From a bacterium (GTDB lineage Bacteria > UBA8248), in assembly GCA_965221165.1 (NCBI GenBank), contig CBDCRP010000003.1, positions 1,504,001-1,568,000 on the forward strand: DNA of 64,000 nt, written 5' to 3'. The notes beneath the pieces were generated by a model. The model ran no database searches. It was not told the origin of the DNA and worked only from the letters and a program-made list of their open reading frames with translations. Shown here piece after piece: positions 49,429-59,057 of the stretch. Within the stretch, counting starts at the first letter, position 1, and each line of letters begins with the position of its first letter. The translations under genes and the position numbers were made by a program.

Positions 49429-50115
49429 ATGCGATTCCAAATTGGCCTTCTACTCTTCCCCAATCTCACCCAACTCGATATGACCGGTCCGTACGAGGTC
49501 TTCACCAAGTTCCCCGACGCCGACGTCCATCTTCTCTGGAAGACGCTGGATCCGGTCAGGGCCGGCGGCGGCATGCAGATATTGCCGACCACGACCTTTG
49601 CCGAAAGCCCGCAGCTCGACCTCATCTGCGTGCCGGGCGGCGCGGGCATGAACCCGCTACTGAACGATGAAGAGACGCTTGCCTTCGTGCGCAGACAGGC
49701 GGCGGGGGCGCGCTACGTCACCTCCGTATGCACGGGGTCGCTGGTGCTGGGCGCCGCGGGACTGCTGAATGGTAAGCGCGCGACGTCGCACTGGATGTCG
49801 CTGCCGATGCTGGCCGCCTTCGGTTGCGAGCCCGTGGCCGAGCGCGTGGTCGTCGACGGCAACGTGATCACCGGCGGCGGAGTCACGGCAGGCATCGATT
49901 TCGCCTTGACGGTGGCGGGAGAGCATTTGGGGGCCGAAGCCGCCCGCAAGATACAACTCGGCATGGAGTACGACCCGCGCCCTCCGTTCGATGCCGGCTC
50001 TCCGGAACGAGCGGACGCATCGATGGTGGCCGCCGTGCGGGAGGGCGCCGCGACGCGCCAGAACGAGCGGGAAGCGGCGGTCAAGGAGGCGGCCGACTCG
50101 CTCGGAAACGATTGA
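49429..50115 (+). CDS. DJ-1/PfpI family, isonitrile hydratase-like
   Basis: TQLD.TGP.EV, VPGG.G, SVCTGSL.LGAAGLL, TGGGVTAGIDF, EYDP.PPF.AG.P. Confidence 0.9.
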   Translation: MRFQIGLLLFPNLTQLDMTGPYEVFTKFPDADVHLLWKTLDPVRAGGGMQILPTTTFAESPQLDLICVPGGAGMNPLLNDEETLAFVRRQAAGARYVTSVCTGSLVLGAAGLLNGKRATSHWMSLPMLAAFGCEPVAERVVVDGNVITGGGVTAGIDFALTVAGEHLGAEAARKIQLGMEYDPRPPFDAGSPERADASMVAAVREGAATRQNEREAAVKEAADSLGND

Positions 50116-50166
50116 TCACGATTGGGGCTGTGGTAGTGAAATACCCCTACAAATCCGTTGCGCTTC

Positions 50167-50370
50167 AAAATTACTCCCCCCTTGAGGGTTGGGCTTCCTG
50201 AGGGGAAAGCCCAACGGTGAGGTAAAGGCGCAAGCCCGCAAGCGAACCGGTGGGGGAGCTTTTATTTGATAATCGTCCCCCCACCGATTCAGCCATCGCA
50301 CAAATCGCTCGGCTTCTGCGTCGGTCTTCCCGAAGAGGAAAGACCGACCCTCAAGGGGGGAGTGAATTTT
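50167..50370. mobile_element. About 200-bp MITE-like palindromic element
   Basis: Terminal IRs aaaattactccccccttgagggt / accctcaaggggggagtgaatttt; internal IR cggtggggga / ccccccaccg; subterminal hairpins. Confidence 0.7.
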
Positions 50371-50450
50371 GCTATTACTCGTTATTCCGGCGAAAGATTT
50401 ATGCGGGGCCGTTTATCACTGCATACGCTCGACCCCAATAATATTCCAAA

Positions 50451-51344
50451 TTACCTCCGCACGATCTTTTCTCCGGACCACCCTTCTTGCGTTTCCCTGA
50501 ATGACCACTCCTGCACTACGGGAAGTAAATCCCCAACCCAGGGGGTCGTAGACGACAAATTCGGGTAAAGAACATAGTCGCCGCCCAGAGACGACGGCAA
50601 ATTGAAAGCGTTCGCCCAGGACGCCAGTGCGTAAGACACATGTTTCATACTCCCGTCGGCAAACGGCTGAACTCCGATTTTCGCGCCCGATGCTTTCTGA
50701 ATCGCTTGGATGTTCTCGCGCTCGGCATTTACGATCTTTCTTGAATCCCTATCAAACTTGAAAACCATGTCACCAACACCATAGAGCGATCTCTCCATGC
50801 ACTTAGCCACATCCGCAACCCAAAAGGGTATTTCACCGCCATTGATAGCGATTACCGTATAGTCATAGCGATGGACGATTCCATCTGCTATGTACTTCCT
50901 GAATTTATTCGCTTTCTCATTGAGCGAGTTTCGGATACGCATCACGTATTGCTCGATCGGAACGTTCTGAACTGTTCCGAATTTCAGCTCCGGCACGGAG
51001 TTCGGTTTTCCAGCTTCACCTCCAGTTAAGCAAACCGCCTCTATCCAGATACGTCTGCCGTCGGCAGTTACCAAGATGTCCGGCCCAGGTTTTAGGCATT
51101 CCACCACCAATCCTGCCCTAATGAGAGATACGGTCAAATACATCTCAAACCAACGCTGATGGAAATTTTTTGCGAATTCTTGGCGAAAATGCCTGTCCGC
51201 ATGTTCAGAGAAATCACACCAAAGGTCTTCGCACTGCGCTCTCACACTTTCGTAACGCTCGTGGCCGGCTTCCTGCACTTTCTGGTACGTCAAACAGGCT
51301 CCATTGCCCGAGTGTGAAAATAGCTTTTCTCTCTTTTTCATCAT
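50451..51344 (-). CDS. Hypothetical protein, possible PD-(D/E)xK-like fold, AT-richer insert
   Basis: C-terminal 297 aa of the 615-aa ORF; AAGGA RBS before MMKKREK; F.QEF...F.QRWFEMYL...GPD...IWIEAV. Confidence 0.65.
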   Translation of the reverse strand: MMKKREKLFSHSGNGACLTYQKVQEAGHERYESVRAQCEDLWCDFSEHADRHFRQEFAKNFHQRWFEMYLTVSLIRAGLVVECLKPGPDILVTADGRRIWIEAVCLTGGEAGKPNSVPELKFGTVQNVPIEQYVMRIRNSLNEKANKFRKYIADGIVHRYDYTVIAINGGEIPFWVADVAKCMERSLYGVGDMVFKFDRDSRKIVNAERENIQAIQKASGAKIGVQPFADGSMKHVSYALASWANAFNLPSSLGGDYVLYPNLSSTTPWVGDLLPVVQEWSFRETQEGWSGEKIVRR

Positions 51345-51401
51345 ATGGTCCTTATGACAAATCCTGCCCTCAAACCGAGTCAGATTTGGACCATAGCACA
51401 A

Positions 51402-51425
51402 GGGCCACTCACGAGCGGCCCCTAC
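51402..51425. repeat. REP palindrome
   Basis: GGGCCaCTC-ac-GAGCGGCCC-CTAC; same family as 54043-54069. Confidence 0.75.
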
Positions 51426-51535
51426 ATATATTCGGGCGCGCATAGCAACAGGGCCGCTCTCACGGGCAATCTCAAACCCGCAAGAACGGCCCCTGGTTGG
51501 TGAGGCTTCTAGGCGTCGAAATACTCGCGCGTTGC

Positions 51536-52262
51536 GCGTTACCTTGAACACCATCGGCGCGAGCAGGAGAAGACCGATGAGGTTCGGCACCGCCATCAGC
51601 CCGTTCAGGGTGTCCGAGAGGTTCCAGACGAAGGCCACCTTCACGTTGGCGAAGCCGAGCGCCGCCAGCACCCAAAGGCCCCGGTAGACCATGAGGCTGT
51701 TCTCGCTCAAGAGATACTGCCAGCACCGCTCGCCGTAGTACGACCAGCCCAGGATGGTCGTGAAGGCGAAGACGGCGAGTGCGATGGTGACGATGTAGCT
51801 CCCGCCCGCGATGGTGCTCTGAAAGCCCGCCGAGGTGAGCAGGACGCCCGTCAAGCCCGCGCCGTCCGCGCCCTTCATCACCCACGCGCCCGAGGTCAGG
51901 ATGACCAGCGCCGTCATCGTGCAGACCACGATGGTGTCGATGAAGGTGCCCAGCATGGCGATGACGCCCTGGCGCACGGGGCTGTTCGTCTGCGCCGCCG
52001 CGTGCGCGATGGCCGCCGAGCCCAGGCCCGATTCGTTCGAGAACACGCGCGCGCGACGCCGAAGCGAACCGCCGCCGCCACCGCAGCGCCCGCGAAACCG
52101 CCCGCCGCAGGGGTGAAGGCGTGGGTGAAGATGAGGGCGATGGCCTGTGGCACCGAGGCGATGTTGATGAGGATGATGATGAGCGCAGCGCCCACGTAGA
52201 GGATAATCATCGCCGGCACGAGCTTGCCCACCACCTCGCCTATCCGCTGGATGCCGCCGCAG
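51536..52262 (-). pseudogene. Alanine/glycine:cation symporter (AGCS) fragment with frameshift
   Basis: GGIQRIG...LVP.M and RFGVAR in one frame; VFSNESGLGSA.IAHAAA, FIDT..VCTMT, FAFTTILGWSYYGE, NGLMA.PNL in another; shift in the CG run near 52048; N-terminal half missing. Confidence 0.85.
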
Positions 52263-52346
52263 GCTCCCTCTCCCCCGATGGCTTGCGCGGCCTCCCACGA
52301 GGCGTTCATAATCAGGATGACCAACAACGAAAAAAGGAGGCGCGCG

Positions 52347-52457
52347 ATGAAGGCACTCCTAGCGGTCCTGGCCGTCGCGGCTATCGCCCCCACCGATGGG
52401 ACGCTCTCGCGGCTCTCCCTCCGCTGGTTCGGCTTCGACCTGACGCCAAAGGAATGA
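52347..52457 (+). pseudogene. Internally deleted amino-acid ABC substrate-binding protein gene
   Basis: AGGAGG RBS; signal-peptide start MKALLAVLAVAA joined to the PAAT SBP-like C-terminus DGTLSRLSLRWFGFDLT. Confidence 0.6.
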
Positions 52458-52463
52458 CTCAGG

Positions 52464-53345
52464 ATGACTGAAGAGATCAAACCCCGGACCGACCACGAGG
52501 AAGCGGAGCGCGCAGACGACAGCGCCGCCGCCTTCACCCGGGGGGGAGACGCCGCCAAAACGCCGCGCAAGAGACTCGCGAAGGGGTTGTATGAGGCGGA
52601 ACTGGCGAGGCTCCAGATAGAACTCGTCAAGCTACAGGAATGGATACGGAATGCGGGCCTGAAAGTGGTCGTCATCTTCGAGGGGCGCGACGCGGCGGGC
52701 AAGGGCGGCGTCATCAAGCGCATCACGCAGAGTTTGAGCCCGCGCATCTGCCGCGTCGCAGCGCTGGCGGCGCCCACCGAGCGCGAGCAGACGCAGTGGT
52801 ATTTCCAGCGCTACGCGCCTCACCTGCCCGCAGCGGGCGAGATGGTGCTCTTCGACCGCTCCTGGCACAACCGCGCGGGCGTCGAGCGGGTGATGGGCTT
52901 TTGCACGGAGGAGGAATACCGCGAGTTTCTGCACTCATGCCCCACCTTCGAGCGCATGCTCGTGAGATCGGGCATCATCCTCATCAAATACTGGTTCTCG
53001 GTGAGCGATGCGGAGCAGGAGCGCCGCTTTCAGAGGCGCATCGAAGACCCCACGCGGCGCTGGAAGCTCTCGCCGATGGACCTGGAATCGCGCACCCGCT
53101 GGGTCGAGTATTCCAAGGCGAAGGACGAGATGTTCGCGCACACCGACATCAAGCAGGCCCCCTGGTACGTGGTGGACGCGGATTCGAAGCGCCGCGCGCG
53201 GCTGAACTGCATCAGCCACCTGCTCTCCTTGATCCCGTATCAAGACTTGACGCCCGCGCCCATCGAACTCCCCCCGCGCCGGCCCGAGCAGGCCTACGTG
53301 CGGCCCCCCATCGGCGAGCAGACCTTCGTGCCGGACAGGTATTGA
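52464..53345 (+). CDS. ppk2: Polyphosphate kinase 2
   Basis: FEGRDAAGKGG.IK, WYFQRY, FDRSW.NRAGVERVMGF, WKLSPMD. Confidence 0.96.
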   Translation: MTEEIKPRTDHEEAERADDSAAAFTRGGDAAKTPRKRLAKGLYEAELARLQIELVKLQEWIRNAGLKVVVIFEGRDAAGKGGVIKRITQSLSPRICRVAALAAPTEREQTQWYFQRYAPHLPAAGEMVLFDRSWHNRAGVERVMGFCTEEEYREFLHSCPTFERMLVRSGIILIKYWFSVSDAEQERRFQRRIEDPTRRWKLSPMDLESRTRWVEYSKAKDEMFAHTDIKQAPWYVVDADSKRRARLNCISHLLSLIPYQDLTPAPIELPPRRPEQAYVRPPIGEQTFVPDRY

Positions 53346-53391
53346 GGGGGGGACCGAACCCCCGGCGAGCGTTTTTTTACGAGAGATTTTC

Positions 53392-53466
53392 GTAGGGGCT
53401 GCTCGCGAGCAGCCCAGCCAGTGGGCCGTTCACGAACGGCCCCTACACTTATGAGCGAACCCTACA
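53392..53466. repeat. Inverted REP pair (REPIN-like)
   Basis: GTAG-GGGCTGCTC-gc-GAGCAGCCC and GGGCCGTTC-ac-GAACGGCCC-CTAC. Confidence 0.85.
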
Positions 53467-53507
53467 AGTCACCCACTCGGCTCATCCCTGGTGATGCAAG
53501 AAAGGCC

Positions 53508-53927
53508 CTACCCCTCCTCCACCTTCTTCCGTTGCTTCTTCTTCTCGGCGCGTTCGTGTTTGTCGCGCAGGCGTTTTTCTCGTGCTGCCCGGGTGGGGCG
53601 CGTGGGGCGGCGGGGTTTGGGAGGCGTAGAGACTTCGGCGAGGGCGGCGCGCAGTTTTTCGAGGCAATCGGCCACGTTTCGGCCCTGATCGCGAAAGCGG
53701 CTGCTCGAGATTATCACCTCGCCCTCGCGCGAGACGCGGCGCGGGAATTTCCGGCGAAACCTGCGCTTCACCCCCTCCGGCGCGCTCGATGAAGCCCCCA
53801 TGTTCCAGCGCAGCACCGCCTTGCTCGACACCTTGTTCACGTTCTGCCCGCCGGGGCCCGAACTCCGCGCGAACTGAAAGTGGATTTCCCTGAGCGGAAT
53901 CTTGAGCCTCTCGTTCACGATGAGCAT
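53508..53927 (-). CDS. arfB: Alternative ribosome rescue factor B
   Basis: F.RSSGPGGQNVNKVSS, R.Q.RN, basic tail R.PTRPT. Confidence 0.95.
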   Translation of the reverse strand: MLIVNERLKIPLREIHFQFARSSGPGGQNVNKVSSKAVLRWNMGASSSAPEGVKRRFRRKFPRRVSREGEVIISSSRFRDQGRNVADCLEKLRAALAEVSTPPKPRRPTRPTRAAREKRLRDKHERAEKKKQRKKVEEG

Positions 53928-54042
53928 GGGTGAATACTCCCAGGGGTTGGGGGCGGCTCATGGCGTTGGTGGGGGATATCCTACCATGAGCGGGGGGATT
54001 TTCGTGGTGGGTGGGTGTTGAGGGGGGAGGGGCGGCTCACCC

Positions 54043-54069
54043 GTAGGGGCCGCTCACGAGCGGCCCTAC
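54043..54069. repeat. REP palindrome with GTAG on both ends
   Basis: GTAGGGGCCGCTC-ac-GAGCGGCCCTAC. Confidence 0.85.
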
Positions 54070-54094
54070 AGGTCAAACACGCGGCTCATCCTCT

Positions 54095-54163
54095 GCGATG
54101 CCCGAGGCGGACTACCTGACGGGCCAGACGTTGACGGTGAACGGCGGATGGCTGATGATGTGA
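54095..54163 (+). pseudogene. 3' remnant of an SDR gene
   Basis: AMPEADYLTGQTLTVNGGWLMM* directly upstream of the hyuA RBS. Confidence 0.7.
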
Positions 54164-54179
54164 GGGAGGGGCGGATGGA

Positions 54180-56324
54180 ATGGCGAAATTGGCCAGAGCG
54201 GCAAAAACGGGCGGGCGCAGCCAGGCGAAATCCCGCTTTGCCGTGGGCGTGGACGTGGGGGGTACGTTCACCGATGCGGTGATCGTGGACACGGAGCGGG
54301 GCAGGATCTATCAGTCCAAGGCCCCGACCACTCCCCAAGACCTATCGCAGGGCGTTTTCGACGCGCTGAACCTCAGCGAGGGTTTCTCGGCCGAAACCCT
54401 CCTCCCCCGGACGAACAAATTCGCTCACGGAACCACCCAGTCCACCAACGCCCTCTTCACCCGGAACGGGGCCAAGGTGGGCCTTATCGCCACCCGTGGG
54501 TTCGGGGATCAGATTCTCATCATGCGCGGCGGGGGGCGCGTGGCGGGGATGAGCCTGCCCGAGCGGCGCCACTTCGCTCCGACGTACAAACCCGATCCCA
54601 TCGTCCCCAAGCCCCTCATCGTCGAGGTGTCCGAGCGGGTGGACTACAAAGGGGCCGTCATCACCCCCCTCGACCCCGAGGAGGCACGCCGGGCGGTCGA
54701 AGCGCTTCTGGAAAAGGGGGTGGAGGCCATCTCGATTGCCCTCCTCTGGTCCCTCCGCAATCCGGCGCACGAGCGCGCCTTGCGCGATATCGCCGCCGCG
54801 CTTTCTCCCGGCACCTACGTGAGCGTCTCCTCGGAACTGGCGCCCGTCATCGGGGAGTACGAGCGAACCGCCACCGCGGTCATCGACGCCTACGTGGGTC
54901 CCTCCACCGTGGATTACATCCGCCTCCTGGCGGAACGCCTCCGTGACGCCGGACTTCGAAGCGCCCTCCTCATCCTCCAGGCGGGAGGGGGCGTCAGCCG
55001 AGCCGAGCAGGTGGTGCCGGTTCAGACCATCGAGTCGGGCCCGGCGGCGGGTATTCTGGCGAGCCAGTTCCTCGCCGAAAAACTGGGCCACCGGAACGTG
55101 ATCGCCACCGACGTGGGCGGGACCACCTTCAAGGTGGGTCTCATCGTGGAGGGCGAGTGGGCTTACGCCCGGGATACGGTGGTCGAGAAGTTCACCTACC
55201 GCGCTCCCATGGTGGACGTGACCTCCATCGGTGCGGGGGGCGGCTCCATCGCGTGGGTGGACGAGGGGAGGCTCCGAATCGGCCCCCAAAGCGCGGCGGC
55301 GGAGCCGGGGCCCGCCTGCTATGGCCGGGGGGGCGCGGAGCCCACCGTGACGGATGCGGATGTGGTGCTGGGCTACATCGATCCTGATTATTTCCTGGGT
55401 GGGCGGATGCCCCTCGAAGGCGCGCTGGCGGAAAAGTCCATCCGAGAGCGGATCGCGGAGCCGCTCTTCGGGGGCGACGTGGTGCGGGCGGCGCTGGGAA
55501 TCCGCCAGGTGGTGAACGCGCAGATGGCGGACTTGCTGCGCAAGGTGACGGTCGAGCGGGGGCACGACCCCCGCGACTTCGTCCTCATGGTGTACGGTGG
55601 GGCGGGGCCTACGCATTGCACCCTTTTCGGCCCGGAGGCGGGCGTCGGCCGGGCGGTCGTCCCTTTCACCGCGCCGGTGCACTCCGCCTTCGGCGCGGTG
55701 ACCTCGGACATGCGCATCACCCTGGAGCGGTCGGACCCCCTGGCCGCGCCGCCCGAACCGGGCCGGGTACGGAGTCTGTATCGGGCTCTTGAGAATGAAG
55801 CCCTGGAGCGGCTCAAGGCCGAGGGCAAGCGTCGGGGGGAGATCGAGCTTAGCCGCTCGGCCTCGCTCCGCTACCGCCGGCAGATGCATGAAGTGAGCGT
55901 TCCCGTTCCCGCTGGAAGGCTCGACGGAAAGGCGCTCGCGGGGACGGTGGACGAGTTCGAGCGCCGCTACGAGGCGCGCTACGGTCGGGGGGCGGCCTAC
56001 CGGGAGGCGGGGGTGGAGTTCATCGGCTTCAAGGTCGAGGCCGTCGGAAGGGAGGCGAAGCCCCGGCTCGAGCGTCGGCGCCCGAAGGGGAAGAGCCCAA
56101 GCGGCGCGCTCAAGGGCCGGCGCCCGGTTTGCTTTGACGCCGTCAAGGGCCACCGGCGCACGCCGATCTACGAGGGTGAGCGGCTGGCGTCCGGCAACCT
56201 CGTCCCGGGGCCCGCCATCATCGAGTACGCCTCCACCACGGTGGTGGTGGGGCCGCGCCAGCGGGCCGAGGTGGATCCATACCAAAACGTGACGCTCCAC
56301 CTAGGGGGAGGACGGAGGCGATGA
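54180..56324 (+). CDS. Hydantoinase A/oxoprolinase (ATP-binding subunit)
   Basis: GVDVGGTFTD, HGTT..TN, SGPAAG, DVGGTT, IGAGGGSIA, GPQSA.A.PGPACYG, TVTDA. Confidence 0.93.
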   Translation: MAKLARAAKTGGRSQAKSRFAVGVDVGGTFTDAVIVDTERGRIYQSKAPTTPQDLSQGVFDALNLSEGFSAETLLPRTNKFAHGTTQSTNALFTRNGAKVGLIATRGFGDQILIMRGGGRVAGMSLPERRHFAPTYKPDPIVPKPLIVEVSERVDYKGAVITPLDPEEARRAVEALLEKGVEAISIALLWSLRNPAHERALRDIAAALSPGTYVSVSSELAPVIGEYERTATAVIDAYVGPSTVDYIRLLAERLRDAGLRSALLILQAGGGVSRAEQVVPVQTIESGPAAGILASQFLAEKLGHRNVIATDVGGTTFKVGLIVEGEWAYARDTVVEKFTYRAPMVDVTSIGAGGGSIAWVDEGRLRIGPQSAAAEPGPACYGRGGAEPTVTDADVVLGYIDPDYFLGGRMPLEGALAEKSIRERIAEPLFGGDVVRAALGIRQVVNAQMADLLRKVTVERGHDPRDFVLMVYGGAGPTHCTLFGPEAGVGRAVVPFTAPVHSAFGAVTSDMRITLERSDPLAAPPEPGRVRSLYRALENEALERLKAEGKRRGEIELSRSASLRYRRQMHEVSVPVPAGRLDGKALAGTVDEFERRYEARYGRGAAYREAGVEFIGFKVEAVGREAKPRLERRRPKGKSPSGALKGRRPVCFDAVKGHRRTPIYEGERLASGNLVPGPAIIEYASTTVVVGPRQRAEVDPYQNVTLHLGGGRRR

Positions 56325-58528
56325 GCGGGAAGCGCCTGGACCCCGTAACCTTCGAGGTTATCCTGCACAAGCTGAACCAGATCGCCGAGGAGATGTGCAT
56401 CAGCTACGTGAATTGTTCGGGTTCGGAGCCGCTTGTCCAGGCCAACGACGCCAACGCGGGGATCACGCTGCCGGACGGCTCCATGGTGGTGGTGGGGCCC
56501 TACGTCATCATCCAGGCCAACGTCCTTCCCCTCACCGTCTCCCATATCATGAAGCGGTGCCGGGAGAATCCGGGGATCGGCGAGAAGGACATGTTCATCT
56601 GCAGCGACCCCTGGGTGGGCCCCATCCACCAGCCCGACATCACCACGGTGGCCCCGCTCTTCTACGAGGGCGATATCTTCTGCTGGACGGGCGCCTCGGG
56701 GCACCAATCGGACATAGGGGGGAAGGACCCGGGCGGGTTCTCCATCGGGGTGGTGGACGTCCACCAGGAGGGCCTCCGGATGCCCCCGGTCAAGCTGGTG
56801 GAAGAGGGAGAGCTCCGCCAGGACCTTTTCGACTGGATCGTGAACTCGGTGCGGGATCCTCTGGTGGGCCTCGACGTCAAGGGCCAGATCGCGGCCAACC
56901 ACGTGGGCCAGGAGAGGCTGATCGAGCTCATCGGGCGCTTCGGGGCGAAGGCGGTCAAGGCTTCCATGGAGGAGTCCATCCGCTACACCGAGAGGCGTCT
57001 CCGCAGGCGCCTGCGCTCTTTGCCCGACGGCACCTGGCGCACCCGCCAGCACATCGATCACGACGGCCACGCGCCCAACCTCTACAAGATGGAATGCACC
57101 ATGACGAAGCGGGGCGACAGCCTCTCGTTCGACTACGAGGGAACCGACCCCCAGGTGCGCAGCCAAGTGAACTGCACCTACACCGGCCTCATCGCCGGGA
57201 CCCTCACCCCCGTCTATATCATGCTCGCCCACGACATCCCCTGGAACCGCGGCATCCTGAACCGGGTGGACATCCGCGCCCCCGAAGGGGTGATCAACAA
57301 CTGCACCTATCCGACGCCCTGCTCCATGGCCACGGTATCGGCCTGTTACCTGACGCTGGACCTCGCCGCGGCCGCCATCAACCAGATGTGCGCGGCCTCG
57401 CCGGACTACCACGAGGAGGCCATGGCGATCTGGACCGCCGCCTCGGTGGCCCCCATGGTGAGCGGCACCAGCCAGCACGGCCATCCGTTCAGCCTAGTCG
57501 AGATGAGCCACTTCGCCGCGGGGGGCGGTGCCCTGACCCACAAGGACGGACAGGACAGCGCCGGGATGTACTTCACCACCACCCCCCTCATCTCCAACAT
57601 CGAGACCACCGAGCAGTTCTACCCCGTCCTCTACCTCTTCCGACGGAATCTCCCGGATACCGGGGGGGCGGGCATGTACCGGGGCGGGTGCGCGGGCGAG
57701 ATCGCCTTCATCCCGCACGACATGCAGAAGGAGTTCCACGAAACCGTTCTCATCGGAACCGGTCACGAGATGCCCAACTCGATCGGGCTGTGGGGTGGAT
57801 TTCCCGGCGGTACCGGACGCCACATTCTCATACGCGGCTCGGACGTTCTGGACCGAATCGCGAAGAAAGCGCCCCTTCCCGCCACCCTGGAGGAAATGGG
57901 GGGCGAGCAGGTGGTCTTTCCGCCCAAGGCGCCCCGGACGCCCTTCTACCCGGGCGAGATCTGGTACTCGAACTGGCAGGGGGCGGGCGGATACGGTGAC
58001 CCCCTGGACCGCGACCCCGAGGCGGTGCATGCCGACCTGTCGGCGGGGCTCGTCACCCGCGCCTGCGCCGAAGAGATCTACGGCGTGGCCCTGGATCCAG
58101 ACGGGCGGGCGGACCATCCGGCCACTTCCGCCCTTCGGGAGCGCCATCGGGAGGCGCGGCGCGCGCGGGCGGGAGGCGGCTCCGTCCGCCCGGGCGACCC
58201 CCCGGCCCTTGCGGGAAGAGGGCTTCGGGCGAACGAGTACGTTGTCTGGGACGATGCGAATGGTGAACTCGCCTGCCGCAAATGCGGCTTCGGCTTCGGC
58301 CCCATGGACGCGGATCCCAAAGAGCGCGCCCTCTGCGAGGACGCTCCCCTCGCGGTCGGAGGGCCGATCATGGGGCAGCTCTATGACCGGGGGCGGTTCG
58401 TCTTTCGGCTCTATTATTGTCCCGGCTGCGTTTCGCTCCTGGAGTGCGAGGTTCTCCGGAAGGGGGACCCACCCGTCTGGGGCAGGCTCTCGGCGACCCG
58501 GCCCTGGCCGGGGAGAAAGAAGGTCTGA
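56321..58528 (+). CDS. Hydantoinase B/oxoprolinase fused to an acetone-carboxylase gamma-like domain
   Basis: LDPVTFEV, DPW.G..HQPD, H.SD.GG, EGL.MPP.KL, GGYGDPL.R; tail CRKC...YCPGC..LLE.E. Confidence 0.9.
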   Translation: MSGKRLDPVTFEVILHKLNQIAEEMCISYVNCSGSEPLVQANDANAGITLPDGSMVVVGPYVIIQANVLPLTVSHIMKRCRENPGIGEKDMFICSDPWVGPIHQPDITTVAPLFYEGDIFCWTGASGHQSDIGGKDPGGFSIGVVDVHQEGLRMPPVKLVEEGELRQDLFDWIVNSVRDPLVGLDVKGQIAANHVGQERLIELIGRFGAKAVKASMEESIRYTERRLRRRLRSLPDGTWRTRQHIDHDGHAPNLYKMECTMTKRGDSLSFDYEGTDPQVRSQVNCTYTGLIAGTLTPVYIMLAHDIPWNRGILNRVDIRAPEGVINNCTYPTPCSMATVSACYLTLDLAAAAINQMCAASPDYHEEAMAIWTAASVAPMVSGTSQHGHPFSLVEMSHFAAGGGALTHKDGQDSAGMYFTTTPLISNIETTEQFYPVLYLFRRNLPDTGGAGMYRGGCAGEIAFIPHDMQKEFHETVLIGTGHEMPNSIGLWGGFPGGTGRHILIRGSDVLDRIAKKAPLPATLEEMGGEQVVFPPKAPRTPFYPGEIWYSNWQGAGGYGDPLDRDPEAVHADLSAGLVTRACAEEIYGVALDPDGRADHPATSALRERHREARRARAGGGSVRPGDPPALAGRGLRANEYVVWDDANGELACRKCGFGFGPMDADPKERALCEDAPLAVGGPIMGQLYDRGRFVFRLYYCPGCVSLLECEVLRKGDPPVWGRLSATRPWPGRKKV

Positions 58529-58896
58529 GGTCGAATGGGAAAAAGAAGCGACACTTCTTTTTTTTCGGTCCATCGAGAGACCCTTGTTGACGTTGATGAA
58601 GAAACGGTTCCTGACACCGTTTCTTGCTACCGGTCGAATTCGCCTCGTTCAGCGGCCTTTCATTCTCTGCTCGGCTCGTATTCTTCGTTCCTTCCAGACT
58701 TCGTCCAAACCTCGTTCATCCAGTTTAATCCATTTTATATCAATTGGTTGAGCCGAATTATCCACCTCCGGCAGGTAACCCGCGACAGGGCCGGGGACGG
58801 CGCCCGGCCGCAGTGTCAGGAACCAGACAACGGACTGTCAAGAGGGCTGCTCAGCTCAAAAATGCTCCCGGATTCGGCAGCAATGTGAGAAAACAA
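57436..58896 (+). repeat. 1461-bp direct repeat, copy 1
   Basis: Matches 61297-62757 (offset 3861); all overlapping ORFs in the track translate identically. Confidence 0.95.
58539..58566. terminator. Bidirectional terminator-like hairpin after hyuB (repeated at 62400-62427)
   Basis: GAAAAAGAAG-cgaca-CTTCTTTTTT. Confidence 0.55.
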
Positions 58897-58917
58897 AACT
58901 ATTTTTGTTCGCCTACA

Positions 58918-59057
58918 CGCATCGAAACCGCAGTCGATTGTGTCCTGGTCATCGACCACAACCCGGGGCTCGAAGACCTCACCGCCCAGATTTGCGGCGG
59001 CGGACCCGAGCCCATGCGCCAGCGTATGGACGAGAAATTCCCGACCGCCGCCCTGGC
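58918..59057 (+). pseudogene. Internal fragment of a SixA-like histidine phosphatase gene
   Basis: VLVIDHNPGLEDL...RMDEKFPTAALA matches the SixA pattern GHNP...KFPT. Confidence 0.7.

Noticed and set aside
22567-51425. Integron cassette array explaining the solitary AT-rich genes
   Set aside because: The genes are dispersed, no attC (RYYYAAC...GTTRRRY) hairpins were recognised, and there is no integrase.
50451-52298. 615-aa ORF as a transporter-nuclease fusion
   Set aside because: Chance read-through from an AGCS pseudogene across a REP into a separate gene that has its own RBS and different composition.
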